Origin: Alphaproteobacteria bacterium
GTDB lineage: Bacteria > Pseudomonadota > Alphaproteobacteria > Sphingomonadales > Sphingomonadaceae
Direction: 5' to 3'
DNA length: 64,000 nt
Assembly: GCA_037190625.1 (NCBI GenBank)
Contig: JBBCJP010000008.1
Coordinates: forward strand, 716-64,715
Both the position numbers and the translations under genes were made by a program. The notes below the pieces were generated by a model. That model was given only the letters and a program-made list of their open reading frames with translations, made no database searches and was not told the DNA's origin. Positions 49,885-57,850 of the stretch are shown here, piece by piece. Numbering within the stretch: the stretch's first letter is position 1; each line of letters starts with the position of its first letter.

Positions 49885-50331
49885 ATGCGCATCACCATAG
49901 TCGCGACCGCGGCGGCCCTGCTGGCGCTCGCCGGCTGCGAGGGCGGTACGCCCGCGCCGAAGGGCAATGCGGCCGCACCCGCCGCCGAGGCCAATGCCGT
50001 GGCGGACGCCGCGCCCGATCCGGCCAATGAGGCGTCCCTGCGCGCGCTGCTGCCGCCTTATCCCGGCGCCACCCGGGTGCGCGACGGGCTCGGCGGCGGC
50101 GGGACCAGCGGGTCGTTCGCCTTCGCCACAAGCGATCCGACCCGGCCGGTGATCGATTTCTACGCCGCCGCCGCGCGGCGCGCAGGCTATGCGGTGGAGG
50201 TCCACGAGCCTGTCGGCATCGCCTTGTCGATGACCGCGACCAATGCCGAGGGCGCCCTCGCCAACGTCACAGCCAGCCGCGTCGGCCAGGTGACCGAAGT
50301 GCAGGCAATGGCTTCGCTCGGCACGCGCTAG
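49885..50331 (+). CDS. Lipoprotein of unknown function
   Basis: SD GGAGG, lipobox LAGC, Ala/Pro linker, LPPYPGA..F...D....VIDFY domain. Confidence 0.75.
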   Translation: MRITIVATAAALLALAGCEGGTPAPKGNAAAPAAEANAVADAAPDPANEASLRALLPPYPGATRVRDGLGGGGTSGSFAFATSDPTRPVIDFYAAAARRAGYAVEVHEPVGIALSMTATNAEGALANVTASRVGQVTEVQAMASLGTR

Positions 50332-50373
50332 GAGCTGTTTCGGTTTTGCCGCGACAGCGAGGCAGAAACGGCG

Positions 50374-50838
50374 CTAGCGCGCGATCGCCTCGGCGAAGCG
50401 GGCGTTGTTGACGAAGCCCAGGCGGGTCACGCCGGCACGCTGGACGTCGGCGAGAATCTCGTCGACCAGCTCGTAACGCGCGGCGCCGTCGGCATCGAGG
50501 TTAAGCGCTGGCTGGGCAGGATCGGCGGCGAGCACGGCCAGCCGGCCGCGCAGCTCCTCCCGCGCAACGACGCGTCCGTCCCAAAGGGCCTGCCCGGCGG
50601 CGTCGATGTCGAGCCGGTGAACGGGCCTGGTGTCGGCGGGGCCGGGAACGGGCGGCGGCAGGTCGAGCGGCACCTTATGGGTGCCGAGCGGGATTGCGAC
50701 GATGAACATGATCAACAAAACCAGCATCATGTCGATCAACGGCGTCGTATTGATCGCGGCGATCGGCGGATGGCTGTCCGGCCGATAGCGGAACGGCGCG
50801 CGGTTCCGGCGGGAGGAGGCGGGGCGGGCTGCTGTCAT
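50374..50838 (-). CDS. exbD: ExbD/TolR family protein (no adjacent exbB)
   Basis: INTTPLIDMMLVLLIMF signature; SD AAGGAGG before ATG 50838. Confidence 0.9.
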   Translation of the reverse strand: MTAARPASSRRNRAPFRYRPDSHPPIAAINTTPLIDMMLVLLIMFIVAIPLGTHKVPLDLPPPVPGPADTRPVHRLDIDAAGQALWDGRVVAREELRGRLAVLAADPAQPALNLDADGAARYELVDEILADVQRAGVTRLGFVNNARFAEAIAR

Positions 50839-50852
50839 GGCGGTCCTCCTTG

Positions 50853-50874
50853 ATGATATGTAGCAACATATCAT
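50853..50874. promoter_or_regulatory. Perfect 9-4-9 palindrome, candidate operator of exbD
   Basis: ATGATATGT-AGCA-ACATATCAT directly upstream of the SD. Confidence 0.7.
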
Positions 50875-50923
50875 ACAATTGGCCGCGGCGAAATGCCTGT
50901 TGCGCGCCCTTGCCGCTCTGTCT

Positions 50924-51637
50924 TTAGAGTTCGCCCAGACCGGCCGCGCACCAGGGATTGGGGACGGTGCTCCATGGCCGCGCGAGCCCATCGGCGATCA
51001 TCGAGTCTCCCAGCGACTGGCCGCCGCGCGAGGCGATGCGCAGCTTGCGTCCCTCGCTGTCGGCGTCCCGGCCGAAGGATTCGCTGAGCTGGAAGGGGCC
51101 GGCGCGCAGCAGCGTGGCCAGCCGCTGCGCCGCGCGGGCGCCCAGCATGGCTTCATGCGGGCAGGGTGCACGCATGTTGGGCGTGTGGATATCGGCCAGC
51201 CGAATGCGGTCGCCATGCAGGGCGAAGCTGCCGCCGTCGATCGGCCGGACAGTGTCGGGACGCACCGTGACGCCGCGCAGCAGCGAGGTCGCGCCGGCGG
51301 TGCCCCCACCGCCAATGTCGTTGCGTGCAGCCCGGGGGCGAAGCGCCTCTGCCGCCGGATCGGCGGTGGCAGCCGCCGCCGGTGCGGGCGGGCGGATGGG
51401 CGCGGCCTTGTTCTCCGGCGCATCGCTGGCGAGCATGCCGAAGCCGAAGCCGCTGCGTGTGCCTTCGAACAGGATGATGGCGAGCGCCAGGCCGATGCCG
51501 ATCATCATGCGCAGTTCGCGGCCGTTGAAGACCGCGTTGCCGGTGCGGATGCGTTCGTCCTGGCGACGACCATTCTGGTCGATCCGCCGGCCGGAACGGT
51601 CGCGCGCGACCATATAGGGATCCCAGTCCTTGCCCAT
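50924..51637 (-). CDS. Thermonuclease-like protein with degenerate active site
   Basis: IDGGSF, IRLADIHTPN, DSEGRKLR, MIADGLARPW align to the intact paralog at 46468-47052. Confidence 0.75.
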   Translation of the reverse strand: MGKDWDPYMVARDRSGRRIDQNGRRQDERIRTGNAVFNGRELRMMIGIGLALAIILFEGTRSGFGFGMLASDAPENKAAPIRPPAPAAAATADPAAEALRPRAARNDIGGGGTAGATSLLRGVTVRPDTVRPIDGGSFALHGDRIRLADIHTPNMRAPCPHEAMLGARAAQRLATLLRAGPFQLSESFGRDADSEGRKLRIASRGGQSLGDSMIADGLARPWSTVPNPWCAAGLGEL

Positions 51638-51786
51638 GGACCGGCCGATAGCAGGCTTGTCCTACCAACCTCCTAACGCGCCATTTACCCTGCCGGCGAG
51701 CGGCCGACGGGAAACAAGCCGTCTTCTGCATCGTTATTGCGCGCGGGGTCCAGTGTATCGGGCCCGTTGCCCGGAAGGAGCATAAC

Positions 51787-52308
51787 ATGCGTAAGATGAT
51801 TCTGGCCGCCGCGATGGCGGCAATCACGGTGCCTCTCGCCGCCGCCCCGGCCGAGGCGCAAGGGCGCAACGAGCGTCGTGCCGAGCGCGACTGCGAGCGC
51901 GAACTGCGCCGTGCCGACAATCGCCGCGAATATCGCCGCGAACTGGCCGAGTGCCGCCGCGAAATCGCCCAGGCGCGCAACCGCGACTGGCGCCAGTACA
52001 ATCGCTACGATTACAATCGGCCGCCGCCGGGCGGCGCCTATTATGCCGACGATTATTATCGCGACGCGCGCTATTATCGCGAGCGGCGGCTGACCCGGAA
52101 CGATCGGATTTATCGCGGCCGTGACGGCCGTTATTATTGCCGTCGCAGCGACGGCACGACCGGTCTCATCATCGGTGCCGGCGTCGGTGCGCTGCTTGGC
52201 AACGCGCTGGACGGCGGACGCTCCAGCCTGCTCGGCACATTGATCGGCGCGGGCGTCGGCGGTGTCGCGGGCCGCGAGATCGAACGCGGCAACGTCCGCT
52301 GCCGGTAA
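51787..52308 (+). CDS. Secreted Arg/Asp/Tyr-rich protein with glycine-zipper 2TM domain
   Basis: Signal peptide, YRGRDGRYYCRRSDGTTGLIIGAGVGALLG..., C-terminal VRCR. Confidence 0.85.
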   Translation: MRKMILAAAMAAITVPLAAAPAEAQGRNERRAERDCERELRRADNRREYRRELAECRREIAQARNRDWRQYNRYDYNRPPPGGAYYADDYYRDARYYRERRLTRNDRIYRGRDGRYYCRRSDGTTGLIIGAGVGALLGNALDGGRSSLLGTLIGAGVGGVAGREIERGNVRCR

Positions 52309-52394
52309 ACCTCCGGTGAACGTTCCGGTCGCGCCCGGTTCAGGCAAGCCCGCCTAGGATCGGGCGCGAGCGGGACGGATATGGGAGTAGGATC

Positions 52395-52712
52395 ATGCGT
52401 ACCATCCTGATTGCCGCCGCGATCGGCATGCTGGGCGTCGCCTTGCCGGCAGCCCCGGCCAGTGCCCAGCATTGGCGCGGCGACCGCCACGATTATCGCG
52501 ATTATCGCCGCGATGTCGCCCGGGCGCAGCGCGAATGCCAGCGCGACTTGAGGCGCGCCGACAGCCGCCGCGAATACCGCCGCGCTCAGCGCGAATGCCG
52601 CCGCGAGATCGCGCAGGCGCAGCGTGGCTATCGTTACGACAGGGGCCGCCATTACGGACCGCCGCGCTCCGGCTATCGCTGGGACGGTTACCGCTGGCGC
52701 TCGCGTTGGTAG
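52395..52712 (+). CDS. Secreted Arg-rich paralog of the N-terminal half of the preceding gene
   Basis: Signal peptide; RECQRDLRRADSRREYRR..RECRREIAQA matches RDCERELRRADNRREYRRELAECRREIAQA. Confidence 0.8.
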   Translation: MRTILIAAAIGMLGVALPAAPASAQHWRGDRHDYRDYRRDVARAQRECQRDLRRADSRREYRRAQRECRREIAQAQRGYRYDRGRHYGPPRSGYRWDGYRWRSRW

Positions 52713-52878
52713 CGCGGGCACCAGCCTTCATCGCCATGGGCTCGCCTGGCGGCCGATGACGTCCCGTCGGCCATTCTCCTATCGGGGGATGGCCGGCAGC
52801 GGACCCTCATCGCTTTTGCCTGTTCCTGACCTGCGCGATTGCCGCTAGACTTGGCACTTCTCTGGCGGAGGGAAGGCC

Positions 52879-53880
52879 ATGGTTCTCGACTGGATCAAGA
52901 AGCAGTTCGTCGATGTCATCGACTGGACGGACGAGCCGGGCGTGCTCGCCATCCGCTATCCGATGCAGGATCGCGAGATCCAGAATGGCGCGCAACTGAC
53001 GGTGCGCGAAGGCCAGATGGCGGCCTTCGTCAACGAGGGCCGCGTCGCCGACGTATTCGGGCCCGGCCTCTACACGCTGGAAACGGCGAACCTGCCGATC
53101 CTCACCTCGCTGATGAACTGGGACAAGGCCTTTGCCTCACCGTTCAAATCCGACGTCTACTTCTTCTCGCAGCGCGAACAGATCAACCTGAAATGGGGCA
53201 CCGCCCAGCCCGTGACGGTGCGCGACAAGGAGTTCGGCGCGATCCGCCTGCGCGCGTTCGGCGCCTATTCCTTCCGGATCGACGATGTCGCGCCCTTCTC
53301 GGTGAAGCTGATGGGCTCGCTGGAGCGGATGACGACGGAGGAGCTGGAGCCCCAACTCCGCGCCGCGATCGCCACCGCGATCGCGACCGCGCTGGGCGGC
53401 AGCGACGTGCCGTTCCTCGATCTCGCCGCCAATCAGACTCTGATGTCCGAAAGGCTCCAGGAAGCGGTCGGTGCCTCCTTCGCGCAATGGGGGCTCGCGG
53501 TGCCGAGCTTCTTCGTCGAAAGCGTTTCGCTGCCCGAGGAGGTGCAGGCCTATCTCGACAAGTCGAGCTCGATGCGGGTGATCGGCGATCTCGACAGATA
53601 TGCCAAGTTCCAGGCCGCCGAGGCGATCGAGACGGCGGCGGCCAATCCCGGTGGGGTTGCCGGGATCGGAGCCAGCCTCGCGGCGGGCGCGGCGATCGGG
53701 CAGTCGATGGCGGCGGGACTCACGCCAGGCGCCCCCGCGGCGCCGGCAGCGGCCTCGGCCGCGCCGGAGGAAGATGCGTTCGCCCAGGTGGAAAAGCTGC
53801 ACAAGCTGCTCACCATCGGCGCGATCACGCAGGAGGAGTTCGACGCCAAGAAGGCCGAGCTGCTGAGCCGGATCCGCTGA
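52879..53880 (+). CDS. SPFH/Band-7 (YdjI-like) protein with C-terminal SHOCT
   Basis: QLTVREGQMAAFVNEG, FGPGLYTLET.NLP.L, KWGT..P; ends LHKLLTIGAITQEEFDAKKAELL. Confidence 0.88.
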   Translation: MVLDWIKKQFVDVIDWTDEPGVLAIRYPMQDREIQNGAQLTVREGQMAAFVNEGRVADVFGPGLYTLETANLPILTSLMNWDKAFASPFKSDVYFFSQREQINLKWGTAQPVTVRDKEFGAIRLRAFGAYSFRIDDVAPFSVKLMGSLERMTTEELEPQLRAAIATAIATALGGSDVPFLDLAANQTLMSERLQEAVGASFAQWGLAVPSFFVESVSLPEEVQAYLDKSSSMRVIGDLDRYAKFQAAEAIETAAANPGGVAGIGASLAAGAAIGQSMAAGLTPGAPAAPAAASAAPEEDAFAQVEKLHKLLTIGAITQEEFDAKKAELLSRIR

Positions 53881-53887
53881 CCGCCAG

Positions 53888-54562
53888 ATGCAGAAGGTCT
53901 CCTGCCCCAATTGCGGCGCGGAGGTCTCGTTCCGCTCGCCCGCTCTGCCCTCGCGTGTGTGCGACTATTGCCGCACCATCCTGGTGCGCTCGGGCGGCGG
54001 GATCGAGGCGGTCGGCAAGGCGGCGGTGCTGCCCTTCGACGTCAGCCCGATCGGCATCGGCACGCGCGGCACGTTCGACGGGCGCGGCTTCGACGTGGTC
54101 GGCCGGGTGCGCTGGGGCTGGACGGACGGGTCGTGGAACGAATGGCTGCTGCTGTTCGGCGACGGCTCGGACGCCTGGCTGGGCGAGGCGATGGGCCAAT
54201 TCATGTTGACCGAGGAGCGCGCGATCGGCGACGTGCAGGGCGATGAGGGCATCCGCCGGCTCATCCTGGGCGGCCGGGTGATGATCGGGACGCGGGTGCG
54301 CATCGACGACGAGACCTATGTGGTCTCCGATGCGCGCGATGCGACCTGCATCGCCGCGGAAGGCGAGCTGCCCTTCTCGCCCAGGCCCGGCTGGACGATC
54401 CACAGCGTCGATTTCCGCTCCGTGTCCGGCCGCTGTGCCAGCCTGCAGCGCGAGGAGACGCTGTCGAGCTTCTATCAGGGCCGCTATGTGACGCTGGACG
54501 AGCTGGTGCCGCGCAATCTGCGTCCCATAGAGGGCTGGCCGATGCCGGCTTATGGCGGCTGA
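53888..54562 (+). CDS. Zn-ribbon + DUF4178 protein
   Basis: CPNCG...CDYC, IGTRGTFDGRGF.VVGR, WNEWLL..DG..AWL. Confidence 0.8.
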   Translation: MQKVSCPNCGAEVSFRSPALPSRVCDYCRTILVRSGGGIEAVGKAAVLPFDVSPIGIGTRGTFDGRGFDVVGRVRWGWTDGSWNEWLLLFGDGSDAWLGEAMGQFMLTEERAIGDVQGDEGIRRLILGGRVMIGTRVRIDDETYVVSDARDATCIAAEGELPFSPRPGWTIHSVDFRSVSGRCASLQREETLSSFYQGRYVTLDELVPRNLRPIEGWPMPAYGG

Positions 54563-55922
54563 GATGACCGACGGGGGGCTTCAGGAAATGGGCATCGAGG
54601 CACCGCCGCCTCCCCCGCCCGCGCCGGCGATCCGGGCGCTGTCCTGTCCGGGTTGCGGCGGATCGATCAGCGTGCGGGCGGCGGGCTATACCGTCACCGT
54701 CGCCTGCCAATATTGCGGCTCCATCCTCGACGTCGCCAATCCCGAGGTGCGGCTCCTCACGGAATATCATCTGGCGATCCAGGAGCTGGAGATTCCGCTC
54801 GGCACGCGCGGCACGCTGCGCGGGATCGAATGGGAGGTGATCGGCTATCTCAGCCGGTCCGAACGCGGCAGCTATCCCTGGGAAGAATATCTGCTGTTCA
54901 ATCCTTATCAGGGTTATCGCTGGCTGGTGACCAACGGGCGCGGCTGGTCGTTCGGCGAAATGCTGACCCGCGCGCCGGACTGGGGGCATCACGGCCCCCG
55001 GCTCGACGGCCACGATTACGCGCCCTTCTTCGTCGATGGCCAGGCGCAGGTCGATTATGTGCTGGGCGAATTCTACTGGCGGGTTGCGGTCGGCGAGGAG
55101 GTCTCGACCGACGATTATGTCCGCCCCGGCTATATGCTGTCGCGGGAGGCCAATGAGCAGGAGGTGAGCTGGACGCTCTCCACCCTGCTCGACGGCGACG
55201 AGATCCGCCGCGCCTTCGGCGTCCGGCCGCCATCCAATCCCTGGCCGCCATTGCCGCACCAGCCCTCGCCCTATCGCGACGTCATGCGCAAGGGCGGCAA
55301 GATCGGCCTCGCCGTGCTCGCTTTCCTGTTGCTGCTGACTATGGTGATGGGCAGTGGCGGGCAGCCGCTGCTGACCGAAACGCTGCCGGTCGATCTCGCC
55401 GGCACGACGCGAACCGCGACTTTGGGGCCGATCACGGTGACGCGGCCCTATCAGCTTGTCGCGATCCGCGCCCAGGTGCCGGGGCTGGAAAATGGCTGGA
55501 TCGACCTCGATTATGCCCTGGTCGACCGCGCAACCCAGGCCTCCTATCAGGCCTATGGAGCGGCGGAGCGTTATTCGGGGCGCGATTCCGACGGCGACTG
55601 GACGGAAGGCAGCCGCCGCAAGACGGTCAAGCTCGCCTCGGTCCCCGCCGGCACCTACGATCTCGTCATCGATTATGCCGGCAATGGCTGGCGGGACTTT
55701 TCCCGGCCCTATGCCAACAGCCAGACGGGCGGATCGGTGATCATCGAGGTCAGCCGCGCGGCGGCCTTCCCTTCGAACCTCATCCTCGCCGTGATCCTGA
55801 TCCTCGCGCCGCTCGTCTATTTCTTCTTCCGCCATCTGTCCTTCGAGCAGGCCCGGCAGGACGAAAGCGATATCGGCCGCACCGGCCTCGCCAAATTGTT
55901 CACTTCGGAGGATGACGACTGA
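54552..55922 (+). CDS. Zn-ribbon + DUF4178 membrane protein
   Basis: CPGCG...CQYC, IPLGTRG.L.G.EWEVIGY, WEEYLLFNPYQGYRWL, GEFYWRV, two TM segments. Confidence 0.8.
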   Translation: MAAEMTDGGLQEMGIEAPPPPPPAPAIRALSCPGCGGSISVRAAGYTVTVACQYCGSILDVANPEVRLLTEYHLAIQELEIPLGTRGTLRGIEWEVIGYLSRSERGSYPWEEYLLFNPYQGYRWLVTNGRGWSFGEMLTRAPDWGHHGPRLDGHDYAPFFVDGQAQVDYVLGEFYWRVAVGEEVSTDDYVRPGYMLSREANEQEVSWTLSTLLDGDEIRRAFGVRPPSNPWPPLPHQPSPYRDVMRKGGKIGLAVLAFLLLLTMVMGSGGQPLLTETLPVDLAGTTRTATLGPITVTRPYQLVAIRAQVPGLENGWIDLDYALVDRATQASYQAYGAAERYSGRDSDGDWTEGSRRKTVKLASVPAGTYDLVIDYAGNGWRDFSRPYANSQTGGSVIIEVSRAAAFPSNLILAVILILAPLVYFFFRHLSFEQARQDESDIGRTGLAKLFTSEDDD

Positions 55923-56068
55923 TGGACCGCCGGACCTTCCTCTACGGCCTGTGGTCGCTGGCGACGGCGGGCCTGTTCGTGACGAGCACGATCTACGCAT
56001 ATTCGCCTTTCGCCGATGGTGGCCGCGTCGCGCCGCGCGCCGGCGTCTACGGCCCAACCCACAAATAG
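55922..56068 (+). CDS. 48-aa single-TM peptide ending in HK
   Basis: Manual translation MDRRTFLYGLWSLATAGLFVTSTIYAYSPFADGGRVAPRAGVYGPTHK; TGATG coupling to the upstream gene; its stop overlaps the SD of DUF350. Confidence 0.75.
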   Translation: MDRRTFLYGLWSLATAGLFVTSTIYAYSPFADGGRVAPRAGVYGPTHK

Positions 56069-56077
56069 GAGACGGAC

Positions 56078-56290
56078 ATGATCGCCAACACCGCCGCCAT
56101 CTTGAATTCGCTGATCTTCGCGGGGATCGGCATCGTCGTGCTGGTTCTCGGCTTCTTCATCCTCGACATCCTGACGCCCGGCAAATTGTGGGAGGAGATC
56201 AACCACAAGCAGAACCGCGCCGTCGCGACCTTCGCCGGCGCGATCGCGATCGGCCTCGCCATCATCGTCGCCGCCGCCATTCACGGCTGA
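56078..56290 (+). CDS. DUF350 small membrane protein
   Basis: DILTPGKLWEEI..KQNRAVA..AGAIAIGLAIIVAAAIHG. Confidence 0.9.
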   Translation: MIANTAAILNSLIFAGIGIVVLVLGFFILDILTPGKLWEEINHKQNRAVATFAGAIAIGLAIIVAAAIHG

Positions 56291-56323
56291 GGCAAGGACA
56301 GGTTTTCATCGCCCTTGCCTGAC

Positions 56324-57850
56324 ATGAACGATACGTCCCGGCCGCCGCTGCGCGTCTCGGCGCCGACCGCCGCCTTGCTCGCCTCCGCCTTCGTGGTGGC
56401 GACCTGCGGCCTCGTCTATGAATTGCTGGCGAGCACCCTGGCCAGCTACCTGCTCGGCGACAGCGTCACCCAATTCTCCACCGTCATCGGCACCTATCTG
56501 TTCGCGATGGGGATCGGGAGCTGGTTCTCCCGCTATGTGAAGCGCAACGAGCTCGCCATCTTCGTGCGCGTCGAGCTGCTGATCGCCCTGATTGGCGGCT
56601 TTTCCGCGGCGGGGCTGTTCATGCTCTTCCCGATCATAGATCATTTCCGGGTCGCGCTCTATTCGATCGTCTTCGCGATCGGCTTCTTCGTCGGGCTCGA
56701 AATCCCGCTGCTGATGCGGATTCTCAAGGATTACGATTTCCGCGAGGTCGTCTCCAGCGTGCTGACCTTCGATTATGTCGGCGCGCTGTTCGCGGCCCTG
56801 CTCTTCCCGCTCGTGCTGATGCCCTATCTCGGCATGATCCGGACCGGCTTCCTGTTCGGCATTCTCAACGCCGCCATCGCGCTCGCTTTGCTCGTAGTCC
56901 TGCCGCGCGGCACGCGCATGTATCTGGAAAAGATCGCCTCCGTCCTGGTGCTCGCCATCCTGATCGCCGGCTTCGCCGGCTCGGAGCGGCTGCAGCGCTG
57001 GGCCGAGGTGGCGAGCTATCAGGAGCCGGTCATCTACGCCGAATCCAGCCGCTTCCAACGCATCGTGCTGACCCGCAGCGGCGACGATCTGCGCCTCTAT
57101 CTCAACGGCAATCTGCAATTCTCCTCGCGCGACGAATATCGCTATCACGAGGCGCTGGTGCATCCGGCGCTGGGCCGGGTGGATCGGCCCGCCAATGTGC
57201 TGATCCTGGGCGGAGGCGACGGGCTGGCGGCGCGTGAGGTGCTACGCCATCCGGAGGTGGAGCGGATCACGCTCGTCGATCTCGATCCGGCGATGACCCG
57301 CTTGTTCGCGCAAAGCCCGATGCTGGCGGCGCTGAACCGGGGATCGCTGTCCGATCCGCGCCTGACCGTCATCAATGCCGACGGCTTCCGCTGGGCGCGC
57401 GACGCGCGCGAGCAATATGACGCGATCATCGTCGATTTTCCCGATCCCGTCGATTTCTCGGTGGGGAAACTTTACACCGAAAGCTTCTACCGGGAGCTTT
57501 CCCGCCTGCTCGCGCCGCACGGCGTCGCGGCGATCCAGAGCACCTCGCCCCTGGTCGCGCCGATCTCCTACTGGACGGTGGTGACGACGCTGGAGGCTGT
57601 GGGCCTGCAGACCCGGCCTTACCATGTCTATGTGCCGAGCTTCGGCGAATGGGGCTTCACCCTGGTCGCGCATCGCCCGATCGGGATGGAGGCGCGGATC
57701 CCGGAGGGCCGCTTCCTCACCCCGGTCATCGCCGAGCGCCTGTTCGATTTCCCCCCCGACATGGCGCGCCGCCCGGCGCCGGTGAACCGGCTCGACAATC
57801 AGGCGCTGGTCCGGGCCTTCTCCGACGAATGGGCGCGCTATGCGGGTTGA
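56324..57850 (+). CDS. Membrane-bound polyamine aminopropyltransferase (SpeE-like)
   Basis: About 7 N-terminal TM segments (CGLVYEL, VLTFDYVGAL), then YQRIV-like FQRIV, LNGNLQFSS.DEYRYHEALVH, GGGDG, VDFPDP. Confidence 0.9.
   Translation: MNDTSRPPLRVSAPTAALLASAFVVATCGLVYELLASTLASYLLGDSVTQFSTVIGTYLFAMGIGSWFSRYVKRNELAIFVRVELLIALIGGFSAAGLFMLFPIIDHFRVALYSIVFAIGFFVGLEIPLLMRILKDYDFREVVSSVLTFDYVGALFAALLFPLVLMPYLGMIRTGFLFGILNAAIALALLVVLPRGTRMYLEKIASVLVLAILIAGFAGSERLQRWAEVASYQEPVIYAESSRFQRIVLTRSGDDLRLYLNGNLQFSSRDEYRYHEALVHPALGRVDRPANVLILGGGDGLAAREVLRHPEVERITLVDLDPAMTRLFAQSPMLAALNRGSLSDPRLTVINADGFRWARDAREQYDAIIVDFPDPVDFSVGKLYTESFYRELSRLLAPHGVAAIQSTSPLVAPISYWTVVTTLEAVGLQTRPYHVYVPSFGEWGFTLVAHRPIGMEARIPEGRFLTPVIAERLFDFPPDMARRPAPVNRLDNQALVRAFSDEWARYAG

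Noticed and set aside
47833-50331. Lipase plus nearby lipoprotein as a T6SS effector-immunity pair
   Set aside because: The genes are not adjacent or co-oriented, and there is no vgrG, PAAR or adaptor gene in the window.
52851-52866. TTGGCAC-N5-TGGC sigma54-like motif before the SPFH operon
   Set aside because: The -12 element is mismatched and the predicted TSS would fall at the ATG, downstream of a good SD (GGAGGG). Attractive given the Psp link but not supportable without TSS data.
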